A stretch of DNA of 64,000 bases from a virus. The notes beneath the pieces are model-generated. The model worked only from the letters and a program-made list of their open reading frames with translations, was not told the DNA's origin and ran no database searches. The stretch is from positions 1 through 64,000 of IMG/VR virus record IMGVR_UViG_3300011013_000001. One strand, given 5' to 3'. The translations under genes and the position numbers were made by a program. Below, piece by piece: positions 22,601-28,221 of this stretch; positions within the stretch are counted from its first letter, which is position 1, and each line of letters begins with the position of its first letter.

Positions 22601-24264
22601 GCGGCAGTAGTATGCCCGTTTTCAACTATTTCTGTAACCATACTGTTAGTTTTCGTAGCGAGAATCTTACCGATGAATGCTCTGCGGTGCAGAGATACTT
22701 GAGAATTGATAGGCACTTGGTCTTTCATTCCGATAGACTGCGCGTCAAAGTGCACGCTGAAATGGTCAGCCGCTCCGTCAACTGTTTTGGTCACGATTTC
22801 TTCTTGAGCATCAGGGAACACTCGTAGGAACGGGTGACCATTCCGCTGACTATACTTGTGCCGAGCGGTATGCCCTTCTTTAAATCGGTCGTTAAGAACG
22901 GACGGCCAAGCGGCCGCATCAAACGGATTTTTCGTTTGCCCTATTGAGAGTTTGCGAGAGAATACTATACCGTGGTTCAGGCTACCACTTTCGTCTATCA
23001 CCATTTGACCTGTCCTGTCAATCATTTGGGTAGCGATACCCGGTGGTCGGTAAGGCGCACCCGTACCGCTATCAACAAGTAAGTCTCCTTTGACGAGCAC
23101 TACGAGACTATCGTTAGCAAGATTGTTAGTGGTATCAAACGCTGTACGAGCGTGCAGTACTCCGCGCGCCCCTGAAGGCGCAGTATCAAAATCAAGATGA
23201 ATGCTGTTAACGGTTAAATCACCGTTGGTCGCTACGTTCAGCAATCGCACCCGCTCAGGCGGACTGAGGTTAGCCTGTCCTGTTTTAACGTCGCATATTG
23301 TAGGATTGATTAGAAGATTGTAAGAAGTATGAGCGATGTTCTGCTTACCGGTAGGGGTTGATACTTGGTAGTTCCCAAGACCGTAGTCTGTCGCTACGTC
23401 TAACGTACTACTGAAATCTGTCAAACCTGTGATGGTTTCGTATAGAGTTTGAGCGGCGGTTGCGCCGATATTGATAGTAGTAGCACCTTCTGCCACGTTC
23501 GCCTGAATATGAAAATCCGTTTGGTCTACTTCTACCGGTTCTTCAAACCGCCATAACCCGATAGAGTCAGTTCCAGCGATTAATGGCAACGGGCGGACCT
23601 GCTCGTCCGTCCCTCTCCGCCAATGAACCGACTCAATATATCCTCTGAAATCCGACCCGATATACAAATCGTTCTCATTCATTCTAAGGTCATGCCGTTT
23701 ATTGAGTTTGGTTGACGCTACGAGTTCGCCGTTCACGTACACCTTAACGAGTCGGCCGTCAAACGACCCTACTATGTGCAACAACTCGCGCGTGTTTTCG
23801 TTAAGGCAATTGCCCGATTGCATGAAAGAAGCATTGTCCCGTGGGTACACGATTCCGTCCCAACCGACTTGAGTGCCTGCTACTATTACGGGCGTGGCGC
23901 TCACCGCCCCAAACGTCTTCTTGATTCCTTCATCAGACACATGCACATTGAACGAGACCGGTCCCGGCTCACCAATAGCCCCGATTCGTAACTCAAACAA
24001 GTCTTCCTTGACTACGACCACTCCACCGTGGTCAGGCGCTACCCATGCTTCTATACTGAACGATTCAAGAACTTGAGCCACATCTCGTTTGTATGTTCGG
24101 GAAAACCCGTTCACCTGACCGGTGGTCGTGCCGGACGAGCGTGCGCCGTTATCCAATTTGAGACCCGTTCGCTCAAACCCTGATTGAGGGACTACTATAC
24201 CGTCAGCGACTCCATTAAAGAATAGGGTATTGCTGGTTTTTCCAATCAGAGTCATGTGAATCAC
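7627..24264 (-). CDS. giant 5545-aa tail fibre/adhesin-like protein with LamG (concanavalin-A-like lectin) domains at both ends
   Basis: Uninterrupted 16.6-kb ORF. The N-terminal region (~23615-24235) reads [13 protein letters not shown]...SIEAWV...[22 protein letters not shown]...[17 protein letters not shown]. The C-terminal region (~8265-8960) reads QLWLKAD...[11 protein letters not shown]...PTY...FTVFVV...[33 protein letters not shown]. Both match LamG_3-type signatures. Located after the TMP and Dit-like genes. Confidence 0.9.
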   Translation of the reverse strand: [5545 protein letters not shown]

Positions 24265-25511
24265 AATCCCATAATCAAATCTATCGGTTGGAATGTCAGT
24301 TCAGCAGAATACGTAGTTTCCGCTCCGTTATAACTGAAATTACACTGAACGATGGTCCCTCTAATCCCTGTCAGCATATCACGCGAATCAAAAATAGTGG
24401 ACGCGGGGTTCACGTTCCCGGTGGCGTTTTGGTTATCGGGAGAAGTTATCCCTGTAACGATTAAGAAATTACGAGCGGCGTAACCGAGCGGGAGCAAATC
24501 TGTGCCTGTAGTTGAGTGTAATAGAGAACTGTAAGGCAGTTGAAGCCCCACGATATAGTCGTCTTGCGCTCCGCGTAGAGAGAGATTGACGTCAGCATCA
24601 AAACCACCTTTGTCGGTTTCTCCTTTGAATACATTGAATGCCCCACCGAGCGCTCCACCGATGTTTGAGTTGGCGACATTAGCGATTAGGTCTTGCATTT
24701 TATCGCCGGCGCTTTTACAGGAATGGGTGGAAGAACCACCGTTGAACGTTTCCCAACTCGGTACTAGCAATTTTTCTTCGTCTTCATCTGTCCAAAACAA
24801 AGGCGTACCGGAGTTACCGTTCAGGCCAGTCTCAGTCTGTGTAAGAGTGATTAGACAATTCCCGAATCCCTCGTTCTTCCCGGTAGTTAGTGCCCCAACA
24901 GTAAACGCGTCGCTAAAATCTGTACTACCTGCTGCACTTGTCAAGTCAGGCACGAACGCTCCGAGATGAGCGGTGAACGCTGTATGAACAGCGGTAGCGA
25001 GTGCTGCCCCGGAATCTGCCACACCGGACAGGCCAACTGTGAGAATAGTCGTAGCAGCACTACTCGCTGCGGGTAACACGCTTGTATCAAACAGAACAGT
25101 GATGGGTACAATACTTTGAGTGACTTGATGAGTCGTACGGATAGAGAACGATTTGCCGTTCAGATTGGCTATGGTGACCGGTCCTCCATCATCAAGCATG
25201 AACCCGTCTGTAGCATCTTCATCACCCGTAGCCTCAAACACGGACGCTACACTGAAATCAATAGCCGCCCCTGCCGCTGATGGTGCTTTGGCTGTACCTG
25301 AGCAATCGTCATCGGTAAGTACACAATTCATCCGAATATCAACAGACACCGTATTCATATCCACACCGATTCGCTCACCGAGCGCAGGTACAGGTATAGC
25401 GGCTACCGACCGATTAATTGAGAAATTGTAGTCAGTACAGTGTAAATTAATCAAATCCCCGTTGCGCTGGACTAGCCGTATCGGTATTCCACCACTCGTG
25501 CTAGTACCCAT
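24261..25511 (-). CDS. putative distal tail protein (Dit-like)
   Basis: 416-aa ORF immediately downstream of the tape measure. Function assigned by synteny only. Confidence 0.55.
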   Translation of the reverse strand: MGTSTSGGIPIRLVQRNGDLINLHCTDYNFSINRSVAAIPVPALGERIGVDMNTVSVDIRMNCVLTDDDCSGTAKAPSAAGAAIDFSVASVFEATGDEDATDGFMLDDGGPVTIANLNGKSFSIRTTHQVTQSIVPITVLFDTSVLPAASSAATTILTVGLSGVADSGAALATAVHTAFTAHLGAFVPDLTSAAGSTDFSDAFTVGALTTGKNEGFGNCLITLTQTETGLNGNSGTPLFWTDEDEEKLLVPSWETFNGGSSTHSCKSAGDKMQDLIANVANSNIGGALGGAFNVFKGETDKGGFDADVNLSLRGAQDDYIVGLQLPYSSLLHSTTGTDLLPLGYAARNFLIVTGITSPDNQNATGNVNPASTIFDSRDMLTGIRGTIVQCNFSYNGAETTYSAELTFQPIDLIMGL

Positions 25512-25512
25512 A

Positions 25513-27213
25513 TCAGACCGACCTCATTGTAGTACCACGACCCCATCGCCGCATCTCTTTCTGAATCTCGTTAGAAATCTGCATGGCGAGTTCGCGTTTA
25601 TCTGTTCTGTCTGTCACTCCGCCTACATTGATACTGATATTGAAAGTGCTACCCATACCGTTACCGCCACCCTTACTTAGCGGGATAACCGCTTCCGGCC
25701 CTGCTTCACCAATCAAGGCGAGAGTGGGGCCTGTGACTATTCCACCTTCAGCGAGCGCAGGGATTTGCGGTAACAAGTTTACAGGTGTATCCCCGAACAC
25801 TTCGTATCCAGCGATAGTTAGAGCGGGTATGGTGAACGACAGAACACCTGCGAGAGCATTATACAGTTCTACTGCTTTGGCTAGCAGAGCGTCTTTCATC
25901 CTACCGGGTATACCTGTGACCCAAGCGATACCTTTAGCAATCTTGGTGCCAAACGATTTCGCTCTGTCTAATACCATAGCGATTATGCCCATAAATCCTG
26001 TACGGATTTGAGTCTTGTTTTTCACGAGGAACTCTTTGATTTTCTTACCGATAAGTAGACCGAGCATTATAGGGAACGCTACCAACCATTTACCGACTGT
26101 AATAATTTTAGATTTATTCTCCTTCCAAAACGTTTTGGCCCAAGCCACAAACGCTTTAATTTTGTTATAGATTTTTTCTCTATGCACAATGATAAGAGCA
26201 ATAAGTGATACGGCGAGACCGATTGCCGCCGCTACGATAAGTATTGGAGCGGCAATCGTGAAACCAATAATGATAGCCGCTAACGACAACATGAATATTC
26301 CCACCCATGCTAACCATTTCGGGGCCTTGCCTGTGATGACAGCCCAAAATATGGCACCCGCTCCAAGAATTAGAGCGATGGGTAAAGTAACAGCGGCTAC
26401 TGCCATTATACCTGCGCTTGTGAAGAATGCGATGAGCGCTCCCACCACTAAAGTAAAAGTAGCGGCCGCTGCAAGCAACGCTATTTTGGTATCACCGGTA
26501 GCCTTTTTCACTAACTTGAAAGTACCGATTACGAGGAACGCCCCGGCGGTGATAGCGGCAACAGTCGTACCGAATACTATCCATACTGCCGCGAACACGA
26601 ACACGCTCGCTATGACAATATCCATCGCTCCTTTCAGACCACCCTGCCCATCTTCACCATGCAGAACTAAAATTAGCCCATTAATCGCGTTAGATAACAC
26701 CGGTGTATCTTCCGCCATTTTCGCTATCGGACTATTAGCCCCATCAATCGCTAGAGAAATCGCAGTGAACGCGAACACCATGAGGAACAAGATACTGAAC
26801 AGTCCGAAGAAGCGCGCTGTGAGTCGCCCGAGTCCTGTGTTACTCGCTTGTACTATCTTGTTCATCTGCCCACCAATTTTAGTGTAGGCCATCATCGGGA
26901 TTACCAATTTTTGAATGATAGTCATATTACCTTTCATTTCTTTTTTCTGTTCTTTAGTAAGATTTCGCCACTCGGATATACCCTTGTTAGTCCTGAGCAT
27001 TTGTCCGCCCATCGCTTTGATTTGCGCGCCGAACTTAACGATGGGTTGACCGAGTATGGCACCCTTCATCTTAGCCATATTCCTCTCTACAATACCGACA
27101 GACGCCGCCATCGTCTCAAAACCCTGCTGCATCTCATAGATACGAGTGACTTGCTGCTGAGTTAGACCACCCGGGCCTGCCGCTCCGCCTGCATTGTCAG
27201 CCATTTTCTTCAC
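25513..27213 (-). CDS. tail tape measure protein
   Basis: 566-aa ORF with several hydrophobic helices in the middle. The C-terminal LAEGGIVTGPTLALIGEAGPEAVIPL motif is typical of TMPs. Preceded by a chaperone pair. Confidence 0.85.
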   Translation of the reverse strand: MKKMADNAGGAAGPGGLTQQQVTRIYEMQQGFETMAASVGIVERNMAKMKGAILGQPIVKFGAQIKAMGGQMLRTNKGISEWRNLTKEQKKEMKGNMTIIQKLVIPMMAYTKIGGQMNKIVQASNTGLGRLTARFFGLFSILFLMVFAFTAISLAIDGANSPIAKMAEDTPVLSNAINGLILVLHGEDGQGGLKGAMDIVIASVFVFAAVWIVFGTTVAAITAGAFLVIGTFKLVKKATGDTKIALLAAAATFTLVVGALIAFFTSAGIMAVAAVTLPIALILGAGAIFWAVITGKAPKWLAWVGIFMLSLAAIIIGFTIAAPILIVAAAIGLAVSLIALIIVHREKIYNKIKAFVAWAKTFWKENKSKIITVGKWLVAFPIMLGLLIGKKIKEFLVKNKTQIRTGFMGIIAMVLDRAKSFGTKIAKGIAWVTGIPGRMKDALLAKAVELYNALAGVLSFTIPALTIAGYEVFGDTPVNLLPQIPALAEGGIVTGPTLALIGEAGPEAVIPLSKGGGNGMGSTFNISINVGGVTDRTDKRELAMQISNEIQKEMRRWGRGTTMRSV

Positions 27214-27629
27214 CTCAGCGTGCTACCCGGGAACGGTTGCCCCGTGTCTGTCTTACCGACACGTTGCTTCTGTTTCATCTCTCCGGTCGTTTTCTCCATT
27301 TCTTCCGCTTCCATGCGCTGAGCGGCACTCGCCCACGCGAACGATGTAGAAAAATCGTCTTCGCTCATAGAGCGCGCTTCAGCCATACTGATTTTGAAAT
27401 GGCGTGCTACAAGATAGACCATACCATCTATGATATGCTCTGCACTAACATTATCTCGCGGGTTCTTCATGGAACGGTATACGGACTCGGCCTTTTCAGG
27501 CCACTTTACAAAGGGCCGGCCACCAAGTCCTGTGGCTGAGGGAGCAGGGCTGTCAGTTGCTGCCCTACATGAGCGTTCAGGCCCATAAGTTGCCCTTTGC
27601 TCATTTGAGGTTCCGTGCGCTCCACGCAC
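27210..27629 (-). CDS. -1 frame extension (T part) of tail assembly chaperone G/GT pair
   Basis: This ORF overlaps the upstream ORF by 124 nt in the -1 frame. It has no convincing start of its own (GTG only). It ends in an ATGA-type overlap with the TMP gene. Confidence 0.55.
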   Translation of the reverse strand: MRGAHGTSNEQRATYGPERSCRAATDSPAPSATGLGGRPFVKWPEKAESVYRSMKNPRDNVSAEHIIDGMVYLVARHFKISMAEARSMSEDDFSTSFAWASAAQRMEAEEMEKTTGEMKQKQRVGKTDTGQPFPGSTLR

Positions 27630-27883
27630 TCGGTTATCATGTATTTCCAGTACCCTGCAAGGTCAAGGTCTACGCCGCCGTCTGCTGATATGCTGACGAA
27701 CGATTTGACCGCTTCTTGCATTTTCAAGAACGTGAGGTCTTTCACCCACACCTTGATAATACTACTTTCGTTCTCCGGGTCAACGTGTATAACGTGCTCT
27801 TTAGGCGCACGTGCCGCCATTAGGCTGTTTATATCACTGACCACTGTATAATTACTGTTCTGCGTCTCCTGTGTTTGACTCAC
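27506..27883 (-). CDS. tail assembly chaperone (gpG-like)
   Basis: 125-aa acidic ORF directly upstream of the TMP gene. It ends GGC CCT TTG TAA. Confidence 0.6.
   Translation of the reverse strand: MSQTQETQNSNYTVVSDINSLMAARAPKEHVIHVDPENESSIIKVWVKDLTFLKMQEAVKSFVSISADGGVDLDLAGYWKYMITECVERTEPQMSKGQLMGLNAHVGQQLTALLPQPQDLVAGPL
27509..27515 (-). promoter_or_regulatory. candidate -1 programmed frameshift heptamer C CCT TTG
   Basis: An X XXY YYZ pattern sits in the 0 frame immediately before the TAA of 27506-27883. A -1 slip reads CCC TTT GTA AAG TGG (PFVKW), which continues the 27210-27629 ORF. Confidence 0.5.
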
Positions 27884-28220
27884 TTACTGTACCCTCCTCG
27901 GGTGATTTTGCCGCGAGCGTGGGGCAATCGCGCTTCGTGTGACCGGGTTCTCGGCACACGCTGCATTTCCTCACGGGCATCGGCGTTTCCTCTTCAGCAG
28001 CCATTTCTGCATCAGCAGAAACAGGGGCTTCGGTGGAATCGGATTTTATCTCTTCAGGGAACGGGTCGTCTGTTATTTTAGCCGCTTCAGGGTCAAACGT
28101 CTCGTCTAACGCCCTTTTTGCAGCAATTTGTTCTGCGAACTGTTCGCGCACAGCGGCTACGTGAGCCTTGCGTGTCTTATGGTCGCTTAGATTGTATCTG
28201 AATCGGCCCATTTCGTTCAC
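27852..28220 (-). CDS. acidic protein with canonical CCHC zinc knuckle
   Basis: 122-aa ORF. CSVCREPGHTKRDC (27924-27965) matches C-X2-C-X3-G-H-X4-C exactly. Confidence 0.7.
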   Translation of the reverse strand: MNEMGRFRYNLSDHKTRKAHVAAVREQFAEQIAAKRALDETFDPEAAKITDDPFPEEIKSDSTEAPVSADAEMAAEEETPMPVRKCSVCREPGHTKRDCPTLAAKSPEEGTVSESNTGDAEQ

Positions 28221-28221
28221 C

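Noticed and set aside
26189-26887. 232-aa plus-strand ORF antisense to the tape measure gene
   Set aside because: It is an Ala/Ile/Pro-rich mirror of the hydrophobic TMP segment. The TMP frame has recognisable motifs, so this is a shadow ORF.
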